From positions 64,539 through 128,538 of the forward strand of contig JAZQII010000043.1 in the NCBI GenBank assembly GCA_045541035.1: a stretch of 64,000 nt of DNA. The letters are read 5' to 3'. The stretch comes from Clostridia bacterium. Lineage in GTDB: Bacteria > Bacillota > Clostridia > Christensenellales > QALW01. The position numbers and the translations under genes were made by a program. Below are positions 37,421 through 47,526 of the stretch, in pieces (within the stretch, counting starts at the first letter, position 1; each line of letters begins with the position of its first letter). The notes beneath the pieces are model-generated. The model was given only the letters and a program-made list of their open reading frames with translations, was not told the DNA's origin and did not search any database.

Positions 37421-38344
37421 TTATTGTTTAGGCAGTTCTATCCAACTGCCTAAAACTTCGTCCCATTTTTCGGGCACGAACGTGGTAAAACCACAATCAG
37501 AATAAAAAGTAAACTCAGAAAATTTTATTTCTTCATTTATAATATATAAATCCACTCTAATAAAGCTATGTCCTTGCGAAAGTTTAGTCGCTATTTCAAG
37601 CATTTCTTTTAGTTGAGCTGGCTTTTCAAAAGGATTTTTGCTATTTGGATAATTCTGTTTAATATCCAATAAATTCCACTCTGTATCAAAATAATCTATA
37701 CTTTCATTGGGTTGCTTATCATTTTGAATCGTCTGTATAATTTTGGGCACGCCATTAAAACACATAAATTTATATACAGGTAGATTTGGTGTTTCGTTAT
37801 CCTGCATATATTCTTCCGCGATAACTTGAGGTTTTACATTTTTATATGGCCATTCTCTTCCCCAGTAAAACATATTGCGTTTTAATTTTTTCTCTAATTT
37901 TTTCTTTGCTGTTTCTATATCAAAATTTTCTTTATTTTTGCAAACAATGGTACTTCCTGAATCATGAGTACATTTTAGCACGAACTTGTTAGGAAGTTCA
38001 TCAAACTCAATATCTTCAACGCTATCCCAAACATCAATCGTAGGGATTATGTAATCTTTACCAATTTTTTCTGTTATATATGCTTTTACATTATATTTAT
38101 CAACTAATTGTGTATATTGAGGATTTCTATTATAAAGTTTTAACCAATTTAACTTTTCATTAAATGTTTGAGGATTTTTAAGGTTAATTTTTTTCTTCAA
38201 ATATGCTCTATATGCAGCTTTTATGTATGCTTTATCAGTAAAAAACCTATAAAGTCCAGTTTTATATATGTAAGGGAATAAAGCTACACTTATCTGTTCA
38301 GGCTTCTCTTTCAAAAGAAATAAAAATGTTTTAATTTTTCCCAT
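37421..38344 (-). CDS. TupA-like ATP-grasp amidoligase
   Basis: FNEKLNWLKLYNRNPQYTQLVDKYNVKAYI ... FVLKCTHDSG ... GREWPYKNVKPQVIAEEYM matches my memory of the ATPgrasp_TupA family. The start is set at MGKIKTF, adjacent to the upstream stop. Confidence 0.6.
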   Translation of the reverse strand: MGKIKTFLFLLKEKPEQISVALFPYIYKTGLYRFFTDKAYIKAAYRAYLKKKINLKNPQTFNEKLNWLKLYNRNPQYTQLVDKYNVKAYITEKIGKDYIIPTIDVWDSVEDIEFDELPNKFVLKCTHDSGSTIVCKNKENFDIETAKKKLEKKLKRNMFYWGREWPYKNVKPQVIAEEYMQDNETPNLPVYKFMCFNGVPKIIQTIQNDKQPNESIDYFDTEWNLLDIKQNYPNSKNPFEKPAQLKEMLEIATKLSQGHSFIRVDLYIINEEIKFSEFTFYSDCGFTTFVPEKWDEVLGSWIELPKQ

Positions 38345-38345
38345 A

Positions 38346-39545
38346 TTAATACTCCCACTCTTCTTTTTTGCACACATATAAATTAATAAATACTAGGAAT
38401 GCATGAATAATATGCATACTATATGTAATTTCACTTATTTCAAAAATACAAAGACAAATCATAAATGCACAAAACATTTTTTTTAATATGCTTTTTTCTT
38501 TTACTTTCAACAACTTGGTGAATATATGAACATACATACCATAGTACAAGCCAAAACCAACTATACCGAAATTACATAACAATTCAATAAAATTATTATG
38601 TGAATAATATCCAAACCCACTTAAATTTTTAAATCCATCAATACCATTACCGAAGATTGGGTTATTAAGCCATAATTCCAATCCTTTTGCGATCATATCT
38701 CCGCGTTTAGCAACACCTTCAGTATTGCTCGCATCACCTCCGGCATAATTCACCAAGCCTTCAAATCTATATCCTATTGTATCATATAAAAACGGAACAT
38801 TCAAAATTAAAACATACAAAAGAACTACTACTATTGCAAAAATAATAGTATATTTTAAAATATGCTTTTTATCATTCTTATCCTGTTTCTGTAAAAACAT
38901 CAAATATATAAATATGATTACAGATAATATATATTTTCTTCCACCTGCAAGAATCAATGCATAAACTGATAACCCAAATACAACAAGCAAGCTTACTTTT
39001 AATATTTTATTTTTTTTCAAAAACAAAAAATATATCGTTACTATTGATGCAAGCATATACATAGCTGCAAAGATATTTGAGTTACCTGTAAGATTTCCTC
39101 CAAATCTGCCTGCTGATTCTTCTTCAAGATTGGTTTGTCCTGTAAAGATAAGATATAATATCAACACAGTTGCGCCTATCATCATCATAAGAAAAAATAA
39201 ATGCAACTGTTTTTTTTCTTTAATTATCACACTCAAAGAAAAAGTGAATACCAATACCGTTATTAGGTTAACAACTGTCGCCATTCCATATCCTGTAAAC
39301 AAGACGTAAAACAACATCAAAAAAATAAAACTTCCATACCACAGAAAATGTTGCGTTAAGTATATTTTTTTATCGATAATTACAAGAATTATTGCTAACC
39401 CAGCCATCCCATAGAGGCAAAGACTATGCAAGCTATTTAATGCCCCATGCATATAACTTAAATAAATCAACAACGTATAAACACACATTATAGCGATAGC
39501 AAACTGATGTATGAAATTTTCCTTCTTATGCTTTGTTAATTCCAT
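38346..39545 (-). CDS. O-antigen ligase/polymerase family membrane protein (Wzy-like)
   Basis: 399 aa, about 10-12 TM helices, with a large loop carrying GFGYYSHNNFIELLCNFG (Wzy_C-like). Confidence 0.6.
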   Translation of the reverse strand: MELTKHKKENFIHQFAIAIMCVYTLLIYLSYMHGALNSLHSLCLYGMAGLAIILVIIDKKIYLTQHFLWYGSFIFLMLFYVLFTGYGMATVVNLITVLVFTFSLSVIIKEKKQLHLFFLMMMIGATVLILYLIFTGQTNLEEESAGRFGGNLTGNSNIFAAMYMLASIVTIYFLFLKKNKILKVSLLVVFGLSVYALILAGGRKYILSVIIFIYLMFLQKQDKNDKKHILKYTIIFAIVVVLLYVLILNVPFLYDTIGYRFEGLVNYAGGDASNTEGVAKRGDMIAKGLELWLNNPIFGNGIDGFKNLSGFGYYSHNNFIELLCNFGIVGFGLYYGMYVHIFTKLLKVKEKSILKKMFCAFMICLCIFEISEITYSMHIIHAFLVFINLYVCKKEEWEY

Positions 39546-39568
39546 AAATTCTCCCGGTAATAGTTTTT

Positions 39569-40286
39569 CTATTCAGAATAGTTATTTTTCATATAATTTA
39601 AAAATTTATCATATCCGGAAAACATAGGTTTTGTATTTAAAAATTTCTCCATAGCAAAATCATAATTTCCCAAAGTACACATTTTTTTCTCAAAGGCTAT
39701 ACTGAGTTTCTCCGTCCGTTCTTCAAACAACCAAAAGAATTCATCAAATACTTCTTTTGCAGGTTCTTTGCCAGTTCTTTTAACATAACATTTATATAAT
39801 TCTTCTGCTTCTTCTAATTGCACATCTAATCGTTTCTTATAATACTCTTCAACTTTTATTATAGGTTTAGCAGGATTACCTGCAACCACCCAGCCATCTT
39901 CAACGTCTTTGTTTACAAGACTGTTTGCACCAATTATACAATTATTTCCTATGTGCACGCCTTTAAGAATTGTAGTATGCATACCGATGAACACATTGTT
40001 TCCAATGTTAACCTCTCCACAAGATCCTAATACTTCACCGTATACACCTTTAAGAACACTCCAATCATAACCGTGTGTAAGAACCACTTGTTATCTGAAC
40101 GTCATTCCCTATTTGTAACATAAATGGACGAGTGGCATCAATTATTGTATTTTGTGGATCGAATATTCTTACACGTTCGCCTATTTCTGCACCACCTTTT
40201 CGGAGGAAATCAATATACGTTTTTTCATCACATCGATGCGAATATATTAACTTTTTTACTATCTGTTTTATCTTAGCAAACATCAT
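39569..40286 (-). pseudogene. Hexapeptide-repeat acyl/acetyltransferase split by a frameshift
   Basis: ORF 40286-40065 ends ...IGNDVQITSGSYTRL*. The +1 frame continues VVLTHGYDWSVLKG...GNPAKPI (39569-40087). Together they make one left-handed beta-helix protein of about 240 aa. The shift lies within about 40065-40090. Confidence 0.7.
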
Positions 40287-41377
40287 TTTCCCTTCTTTTT
40301 ATCAGTAAGACTTAAAATATAATCTTCCCACATATCAATTATTTTTGAAGGCTCAAACCTATTAACCACATCTCTTGCATTATTTCCGCATTTTTCTGCT
40401 AATTCTTGATTTTCTGCAAACTCGCACATTGCATCAGCAAGTTTTTGAGCATCTTCAACCGGTGCCAACAACCCATTTTCATGGTCAGCTATAAGCAAAC
40501 GAGCACCTCCAGGAGAATGGTCAGTACTTACACAAGGAAGCCCTGCCGCCATTGCTTCTAACAAAGAGTTTGAAATTCCTTCATAGTCAGAAGTTATAAG
40601 AAACATCCCATCTTTAGCAATATCCTGCATAGGTTGTTTTGTTACACCCATAAATTTGACTTTTTCGTCAAGTCCTTTTTCGGTTACCCACCCCTTTATG
40701 ATATCTACGCTTCCACCATCACCATAAAGTTTAAGTGTATATTCAGAATGCTTTTTATTAAAGATTTCAAAAGCATCTATCATAATATCATAACGTTTCT
40801 GATAATTATCTAATCTGCCAACGGAAACGACTGTTTTGTCTCGTTCATTTTGTTTCACATCAGGAATTTCACCTTTTATAAATATGGGATTAGGTATTAC
40901 CGTGCCACGTTTTTGAAGTCCTTTGCCGTAAAACTCTTTTGCGCCATCAGTTTGGAAAACACCTCCCAAAGACGTATTTACGATTCTTATGATAATTTTA
41001 TCTAAAATTCCACTTACTGTAATATACGGATCTCCACGTTCTGATATAATCGAAGGAATTTTAAGGCTTTTTGCCGCAAATACACTATATAAATTGGGGA
41101 ACAACGTAAAACCTATTATAACGTCTGTCTTCTCCTGTTTTGCTATTGATTTGATATACTTAACTGTTTTTAAGCGTTTAACTCCGTGAAGTTTTTCCTT
41201 ATAATCATATATTTTTACATTTTCGTCTAATTTTTGATTTGTTTCTGCGCCCGTCAAATTAAGATTTATTATTGAAACTTTGTGCCCTCGTTGTGCTAAA
41301 CTGTTAGCAACAAACGCAAGCATTTTTGCCGCACCGCCAAACCCCAAACTCGGTGTAATAAACAGTATATTCTTCAT
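40283..41377 (-). CDS. Glycosyltransferase family 4 (GT-B)
   Basis: 364 aa with GGAAKMLAFVANSL and EGISNSLLEAMAAGLPCV (EX7E). Confidence 0.8.
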   Translation of the reverse strand: MKNILFITPSLGFGGAAKMLAFVANSLAQRGHKVSIINLNLTGAETNQKLDENVKIYDYKEKLHGVKRLKTVKYIKSIAKQEKTDVIIGFTLFPNLYSVFAAKSLKIPSIISERGDPYITVSGILDKIIIRIVNTSLGGVFQTDGAKEFYGKGLQKRGTVIPNPIFIKGEIPDVKQNERDKTVVSVGRLDNYQKRYDIMIDAFEIFNKKHSEYTLKLYGDGGSVDIIKGWVTEKGLDEKVKFMGVTKQPMQDIAKDGMFLITSDYEGISNSLLEAMAAGLPCVSTDHSPGGARLLIADHENGLLAPVEDAQKLADAMCEFAENQELAEKCGNNARDVVNRFEPSKIIDMWEDYILSLTDKKKGK

Positions 41378-42471
41378 TTTTTAGCCTCTTTTAAGTTTTT
41401 GTCTAAATATTGATACGCATTATTACATTGTTCGTTGATAAAATCATTAACCTTAAAAAAATCAATGGTCAAATCCATAACTTTATTAAAATCATTTATA
41501 TCAGTTATGCTTTTTTCCGCCAGCCCAAATTGTTCAAGCAATCCACCTAACTTATTTTTGTTGCTATCTCGAACAAATACGCCAAAACGCTTATTATATT
41601 TTATAGAGAATACCGTACCATGGAATGTATCTGTAATAATACATTCCGCATTTTTTACATAAGCAAGCAACTCGAAAGCAGATGCGGTTATATTATGATT
41701 ACACCAACGTTGTTGCGTACCTACAGATAATATCTGCAGTTTATTCTTTTTAGCATAATCTTTAATCGCTTTTATTTCTTCTTTATTGCAAATTCTATTG
41801 CTATACGCATAAACAAGAATGTATGGCTTTCTTTGTGGAATTGCAGGTATCTTTTTGTCAAAGTCAGTTATAAAAACAGGATCTAAATGTACAAGTGCAT
41901 CTCTACCCGAAATCTTTTCAACAAATTCCTTTGAATTTTCATCACGAACCGATATATCAGATAAATTTCCCAAATATGATTTTATTTCATCACAAACTCC
42001 ATGTTTAACAGCATCATCATAACTGCTGTTACCGCAACTTGCCGCATATGATATTATTCTTTTTGCATTATCAACTTTGCCAAGCAACTGAGGTGAAAAT
42101 CCCCACGGTGAAGGATTAAAACAGTTAAAAACCTCATCACTACCTATTATGACTAAATCAAAAACGCCATCTTTCAGGGTTTTATCTGTTTCAAGAAAAG
42201 TCGTATGGTCTTTTTTATGTATATTAACCATTTTTTTATGAAAGAAATAATGCGCTATTCTTTTTAATACATATCTGCTGAAAATTTTTGATACAAGTCT
42301 TTTCACAATGAATTCGTTATTATATTGAACTGTCGCAAGCTGTCTGCCTGGTTCAATATCAATAAAATACACATCATTGCCACGCTTTTCCAACTGTGTT
42401 TTTAATGAATATGCTTGCAAAAACGACCCATAATTGGGTATCTTCTGCATCGATAATATTCCTATCTTCAA
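41374..42471 (-). CDS. Polysaccharide pyruvyl transferase family protein
   Basis: 365 aa. DTFHGTVFSIKYNKRF and an N-terminal Rossmann-like MKIGILS...NYGSFLQ are typical of WcaK/CsaB-type enzymes. Confidence 0.7.
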   Translation of the reverse strand: MKIGILSMQKIPNYGSFLQAYSLKTQLEKRGNDVYFIDIEPGRQLATVQYNNEFIVKRLVSKIFSRYVLKRIAHYFFHKKMVNIHKKDHTTFLETDKTLKDGVFDLVIIGSDEVFNCFNPSPWGFSPQLLGKVDNAKRIISYAASCGNSSYDDAVKHGVCDEIKSYLGNLSDISVRDENSKEFVEKISGRDALVHLDPVFITDFDKKIPAIPQRKPYILVYAYSNRICNKEEIKAIKDYAKKNKLQILSVGTQQRWCNHNITASAFELLAYVKNAECIITDTFHGTVFSIKYNKRFGVFVRDSNKNKLGGLLEQFGLAEKSITDINDFNKVMDLTIDFFKVNDFINEQCNNAYQYLDKNLKEAKK

Positions 42472-42475
42472 AACA

Positions 42476-43576
42476 TTATCTCCTTAAAAGTGATTTAATC
42501 TTTCCCCTAACTCTATAGGGAAGCAATGTTGTTCTTTCAATATCGGCTAATTTTTTGTTGCTTTTTAGCGCATTTAAAAGTTTGCTACGAAGTTTTTTAT
42601 CTACTTGCGGACTTTTACTCATCTGCGCTTTAAGCATATCGTTAATATCTTCTTTTTCAAAAAAACATACATCTTTTATGCCTTCAAGATACTTTTTTCC
42701 ACATTCAGTATATACAACACAACAAGAAACTCCCGTTGTATTATCTTTGTATTTATCTCCCCAATAATCGCCTGTGCGTATATCGGCCAAACTTTTAGTT
42801 GCTTTATATTTGCAATTATAGCAGGAATCATTAAGGCATAAATTATTAAAGAACATCCTATAAAACATGTTTTTTTCATAATCACTATATGAAGATCCGT
42901 CATCGTAACTAAATTTCAATGAAAACTTATGCCAAGAAAATTCTTTTGAGCGGAAATCTATCTTTTGTATTTTTTCTCTTTGATGTTCCTCAAGATATTT
43001 CTGCCATACAAGCATACTGGGAGTACCATGGCAAAAAAAGTCCACTAGTATAAGTTTATTCCGAACTTTCTTCGCTTCAGCCACCTTAGATATAGCTGCA
43101 ATCTGGCAAGGTGTTCCAAATACCATATATTGCTCGCCATTAAATATTTCATTAAAACCATCAACTGTATAACTCTGAAAATACTTTGAACCTTTCGTTT
43201 GTTCAAGGTCTTTTAAATTATCTATAATTATATGCTTCGCAATATGCAAATCATAGTCATAAACAACACCGCAAACCTTTACGCCATCCTCAACAGCTTT
43301 TTTTGCAAGTGCATAGCAAACTCCGCCTGAAGATACTGTTTTTAACAGATTACCGTCTTTTACAATAGCTGACACAGTATCTATAGGTTTATGAAAATTA
43401 TTATTCATAAATTCATTACAATACTGCTCACAGATGTTGCAGTTAATACACTTGTCCGTTTCAATAACGGGCCTATAAAAGCCATCATTATTCAGTTTTA
43501 TTTCAATGCACTTTTTAGGGCATATTGAAGCACATACGCCACAACCGGTACAGCATACTGAATCTTTTATACTCAT
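42476..43576 (-). CDS. FrhB/FdhB-like (coenzyme F420 hydrogenase beta-subunit family) protein with N-terminal 2x[4Fe-4S] ferredoxin
   Basis: CTGCGVCASICP and CINCNICEQYC clusters, followed by an FrhB-like domain. Confidence 0.7.
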   Translation of the reverse strand: MSIKDSVCCTGCGVCASICPKKCIEIKLNNDGFYRPVIETDKCINCNICEQYCNEFMNNNFHKPIDTVSAIVKDGNLLKTVSSGGVCYALAKKAVEDGVKVCGVVYDYDLHIAKHIIIDNLKDLEQTKGSKYFQSYTVDGFNEIFNGEQYMVFGTPCQIAAISKVAEAKKVRNKLILVDFFCHGTPSMLVWQKYLEEHQREKIQKIDFRSKEFSWHKFSLKFSYDDGSSYSDYEKNMFYRMFFNNLCLNDSCYNCKYKATKSLADIRTGDYWGDKYKDNTTGVSCCVVYTECGKKYLEGIKDVCFFEKEDINDMLKAQMSKSPQVDKKLRSKLLNALKSNKKLADIERTTLLPYRVRGKIKSLLRR

Positions 43577-43599
43577 TTTTTCCTCAATGTTTTATTATA

Positions 43600-44493
43600 T
43601 TAAAATGCTGATAAACCAAACATCTTTATCATTTTAAAAACTGTTTTTATTTTTATTTTGTCTGAAATATAATAATTTTCAATTATTTCTTTAACTTCGT
43701 GTTTAAACTTTTTTCTTTTATCTTTTACACATTTAAGCGTTCTGAAAATACGTACTTCTGTAGCCGTCCACAAAAGAACATGAAATATTTTAGGATACAT
43801 CATTTTCATAATTGCATACTGTGCCGCTATTCCATTTATCAATAAACTCTGATTCTTTTCATCAGACCAATCCCATTTATCTATCGCCGGTCTATGTATT
43901 GCTAAAAGAGAGGAACAAAAAACGTTTAATTTACCTGAATTCATAACACGCAGAGATGGTGGTATCTCCTCATATCCATATTTATTAGGAAGATATGGGA
44001 CACCTTCAAAAAAAGGTTTCCTTAAAAAATGCGAACCGCCACAAAACATTTTGCATGCGTATAAATCTTCAGCAATTAACGGTCCACTTTTTTCAACTCT
44101 ATCCTTTTCCCAAACAGTATCATAAATTTGTGTGGTCAACGTAACAATATTATTATTTGAATCTAATATACCGATTGCTTTTAAAAAGAAGTTTTCATCC
44201 TCAGATATCACAGCATCATCATCTAAAGCATATATATATTCCCCATTTGCTTTCTGAAAAGCATAATTTCTGCCACCGCCAACGCCAAGATTTTTCTCCA
44301 TTTTTTCATAATACCACGAAAAATTACCGCTGCTGAATATCTTTTTGACGATGTTTTCTGTATCATCGGTAGAGGCATTATCTATAATCACAAATTCCGT
44401 TTCTTCCGGTAGATTACATTTTAAACAACTTTCTATGGCCTCATGCAACTGAAGCGCCCTATTCATGGTTATTACACATATAGATAATTTCAT
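43600..44493 (-). CDS. Glycosyltransferase family 2
   Basis: SICVITMNR and ALDDDAV (DxD). Confidence 0.8.
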   Translation of the reverse strand: MKLSICVITMNRALQLHEAIESCLKCNLPEETEFVIIDNASTDDTENIVKKIFSSGNFSWYYEKMEKNLGVGGGRNYAFQKANGEYIYALDDDAVISEDENFFLKAIGILDSNNNIVTLTTQIYDTVWEKDRVEKSGPLIAEDLYACKMFCGGSHFLRKPFFEGVPYLPNKYGYEEIPPSLRVMNSGKLNVFCSSLLAIHRPAIDKWDWSDEKNQSLLINGIAAQYAIMKMMYPKIFHVLLWTATEVRIFRTLKCVKDKRKKFKHEVKEIIENYYISDKIKIKTVFKMIKMFGLSAF

Positions 44494-45152
44494 AAATTTT
44501 CCCTCCAGTTCATTAAACCTTTCTTTACAACCACCAAGGCAATAAGAATAACTATACCGTTACCCCCCCCGAATTTTACAGTATTTTCCATTATTTCAAG
44601 TTCTTTCCTTTCATTTTCGAATTCGCTACTATACATCTCTTTTCTATTTTTTACACACTTAGCGGGAACACCGGCAATCACGGTATAAGCAGGAGCATCT
44701 TTTGTAACAACTGCACCGGCACCGATAATTACGCCATCACCTATTGTTACACCAGGCATTATAATAACCCTTCTGCCAATCCACACGTCGTTTCCGATAG
44801 TAACAGGCTGATAATCAGTAAAACCTTGGTCCATCATAGGAATATCCGTTCTATCGTGTTTATGACCGTCTGTATATATTACAACTTCAGGCCCCATCAT
44901 AACGTCATTACCAATTATAATGGGACCATTTAATTCGCATTTTATTCCTACACCTGATCTATTACCTATTTCAAGCCCCGGTGTGAATCTTGCTCCTTTT
45001 TCAATATTTACACCTTTTCCGCAAGAAGTAATAATTCCTTTTGCAAAAAACCTTCTGATAAAGCAAGCAGGTGGAAAATGACTACTTTGTGGCAGCCAGG
45101 ATGCAAAAACCTGATATAAAATAAAAAGTATTTTTGTTTTTATCGTCCACAT
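44490..45152 (-). CDS. Hexapeptide-repeat O-acetyltransferase (WcaF/maltose acetyltransferase-like)
   Basis: IGNDVWIGRRVIIMPGVTIGDGVIIGAGAVV beta-helix repeats, plus a C-terminal extension of about 45 aa. Confidence 0.8.
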   Translation of the reverse strand: MWTIKTKILFILYQVFASWLPQSSHFPPACFIRRFFAKGIITSCGKGVNIEKGARFTPGLEIGNRSGVGIKCELNGPIIIGNDVMMGPEVVIYTDGHKHDRTDIPMMDQGFTDYQPVTIGNDVWIGRRVIIMPGVTIGDGVIIGAGAVVTKDAPAYTVIAGVPAKCVKNRKEMYSSEFENERKELEIMENTVKFGGGNGIVILIALVVVKKGLMNWRENL

Positions 45153-45153
45153 T

Positions 45154-46182
45154 TTATACTAACCTCTGAACTAAAACTTCTATTGCTTTTTCAGGCATAA
45201 ATCTTTCGGCTTCTCTAATGCACGTTTTTTTCATTTTTAAGAAATCATCAGGTTGTTCAACTGATTTTTCTACAACAGCATAGAATTTTTCTACATTGTC
45301 AAACTCATATCCCCAACCAGTTATATCTTCAATAAAAACATCTTTGCTATTTTGCCATAATGCCGTAATTACCGGCACACCTGCAGCATAAGCATCTATT
45401 AACGTACCGGGGATGCCTTCTGTATAAAACTTTGTAGGGAATAATAAGGCAAAATAATCTTTTAATATATCAACACTTTTATCATAATCAACAATACCAC
45501 AATATTTTACATACTCAGGAAATGTTAATTTTAAATTATCAAACCATTCAGTTTGCGCTGAATCAATCTGCCCATAAATATCAAGCGCACAAACCGTCTT
45601 ATTATATTTTTCATTAATTCTGCGCACTGACTCTATAGCATCCTCAATACCCTTTTCTTTCATTACACGTGAAAAGGTGCAAAATTTGTAAGGTTCATTT
45701 TTAGGATAAACTAATTCAGCCTCAGTAAGAATTTTTAAATTCTTACAATTGGGCATTACAACTATATTTGTAAAACCTTGCGCTTCAAGAGCCTCTTTCA
45801 TTGTTGTGGTTTCAACGTAGATGGCATCAAATTTCTGTAATTGTTTTTTTAGTGATTTTTTATTGCGTAAAAAATCATCAAGCCATCCACCTATTACAAC
45901 ATAGTGAATGCGTTTTTTAAAAACTTTTTTCAGCACGCAAAAAATTGGCGTAAATACTTTTATTCCATTATGGGCAGGTAACATAATATAATTATTTGCT
46001 TTATTTATCTGTAAAAATAACTTAAACAAAATTTTCAGTAAAGTTTTTTTTCCACCATAAGTATCAATTCGCTTAACTTTATAATTTTTTTCAAGTTCTT
46101 CAGCAATAATTTTTGTTTTTACAGTTTGTCCATCTAAAAATATTTTTGTGCCACCAAAATGTCCGACAAGTATCATTTCCAT
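45154..46182 (-). CDS. Glycosyltransferase (GT-B, family 4/1-like)
   Basis: 342 aa with the C-terminal TEGIPGTLIDAYAAGVPVI motif. Confidence 0.7.
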   Translation of the reverse strand: MEMILVGHFGGTKIFLDGQTVKTKIIAEELEKNYKVKRIDTYGGKKTLLKILFKLFLQINKANNYIMLPAHNGIKVFTPIFCVLKKVFKKRIHYVVIGGWLDDFLRNKKSLKKQLQKFDAIYVETTTMKEALEAQGFTNIVVMPNCKNLKILTEAELVYPKNEPYKFCTFSRVMKEKGIEDAIESVRRINEKYNKTVCALDIYGQIDSAQTEWFDNLKLTFPEYVKYCGIVDYDKSVDILKDYFALLFPTKFYTEGIPGTLIDAYAAGVPVITALWQNSKDVFIEDITGWGYEFDNVEKFYAVVEKSVEQPDDFLKMKKTCIREAERFMPEKAIEVLVQRLV

Positions 46183-46185
46183 ATT

Positions 46186-47508
46186 TTATAATCGCCACCA
46201 ATGAATACCTGATTTTTCAAGGTCTGCAATATCAAATAAGCCTTTTACATCAATTAAAACTTTTTCGTTTTGAGGAATAGCTTTAAACATTTTATCAATT
46301 TTGCCAAGTCCTAACTCCTTAAACTCATTGTGTGCAACAGCAAGAATAATACAATCTGCATCGTTTGCATCATTCATATTGCTGAGTGTTATATTATATT
46401 CATGCTTTGCATCTCGTTCACTCGCCCAAGGATCAACAACTATAGGTTGTACACCATATTCCATTAAATGATTATATACATCTGCAACTTTAGAATTTCT
46501 TGTATCCGGACAATTCTCTTTAAATGTAATACCCAAAATAACAACTTTAGCTTTTGCAGGTGCTTTGCCTACCTTAATCATTTCCTTAATAGCTGCATCT
46601 GCAATAAATTTTCCCATTCCATCGTTAACAATACGACCATTAAGAATTATTTGGCTATGATAACCTAATTTTTCTGCCTGATAAGTAAAATAATATGGAT
46701 CTACACCAATGCAATGTCCGCCAACAAGTCCCGGACGGAAGCCTAATGCATTCCATTTTGTATTCATACCGTCAACAACCTCGTTTGTATCGATATCCAT
46801 CTTATCAAAAGCCATAGCAAGTTCATTCATAAATGCAATATTTATATCACGCTGACTATTTTCAACAACCTTGACTGCTTCAGCAGTTCTAATGTTACTA
46901 ACAGGATATGTGCCGACTTCAATAACTATATCATAAACGTTTTTAATTACTTGAAGTGCTTCATCATCACAACCTGAAACAATTTTTGCAATATTCTCAA
47001 GTCTATGTACTTTATCTCCTGGATTAATTCTTTCAGGAGAATATCCTACTTTAAAATCAATACCACATTTTAATCCTGATTCTCTTTCCAAAATTGGAAT
47101 ACACGTATCCTCGGTACAACCGGGGTATACTGTTGACTCAAACACAACATAAGAACCTTTGGTAAGATTTCTGCCTACGATTTCAGAAGCACCAATAACA
47201 GGAGTAAGATCAGGTGTATGATCAGTATTTACAGGTGTGGGTACTGCAATAATATGAAACTTGGCCTGCTGAAGATCTTTTTCATCAGAAGTAAAATACA
47301 CTGTTGTATTCTTTATAGCTTCATCCCCCACCTCTTTTGTAGGATCAAAGCCATTCTTATATAGTTCAATTTTTGCCTTATTAAGATCAAATCCAATAAC
47401 GTCAATACCTTTATTGGCAAATGCAACTGCTATTGGCATACCAACGTAACCGAGACCAACTAATGAAACTTTTTCTTCTTTATTAACGATTTTATCATAA
47501 AGTGACAT
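46186..47508 (-). CDS. Nucleotide-sugar 6-dehydrogenase (UDP-HexNAc dehydrogenase type, TviB/WbpO/Cap5O-like)
   Basis: VSLVGLGYVGMPIAVAF ... GGHCIGVDP (catalytic Cys). The start is set at MSLYDKI, which has a GGAGGA RBS. Confidence 0.8.
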   Translation of the reverse strand: MSLYDKIVNKEEKVSLVGLGYVGMPIAVAFANKGIDVIGFDLNKAKIELYKNGFDPTKEVGDEAIKNTTVYFTSDEKDLQQAKFHIIAVPTPVNTDHTPDLTPVIGASEIVGRNLTKGSYVVFESTVYPGCTEDTCIPILERESGLKCGIDFKVGYSPERINPGDKVHRLENIAKIVSGCDDEALQVIKNVYDIVIEVGTYPVSNIRTAEAVKVVENSQRDINIAFMNELAMAFDKMDIDTNEVVDGMNTKWNALGFRPGLVGGHCIGVDPYYFTYQAEKLGYHSQIILNGRIVNDGMGKFIADAAIKEMIKVGKAPAKAKVVILGITFKENCPDTRNSKVADVYNHLMEYGVQPIVVDPWASERDAKHEYNITLSNMNDANDADCIILAVAHNEFKELGLGKIDKMFKAIPQNEKVLIDVKGLFDIADLEKSGIHWWRL

Positions 47509-47526
47509 AATTAAATCCTCCATATA

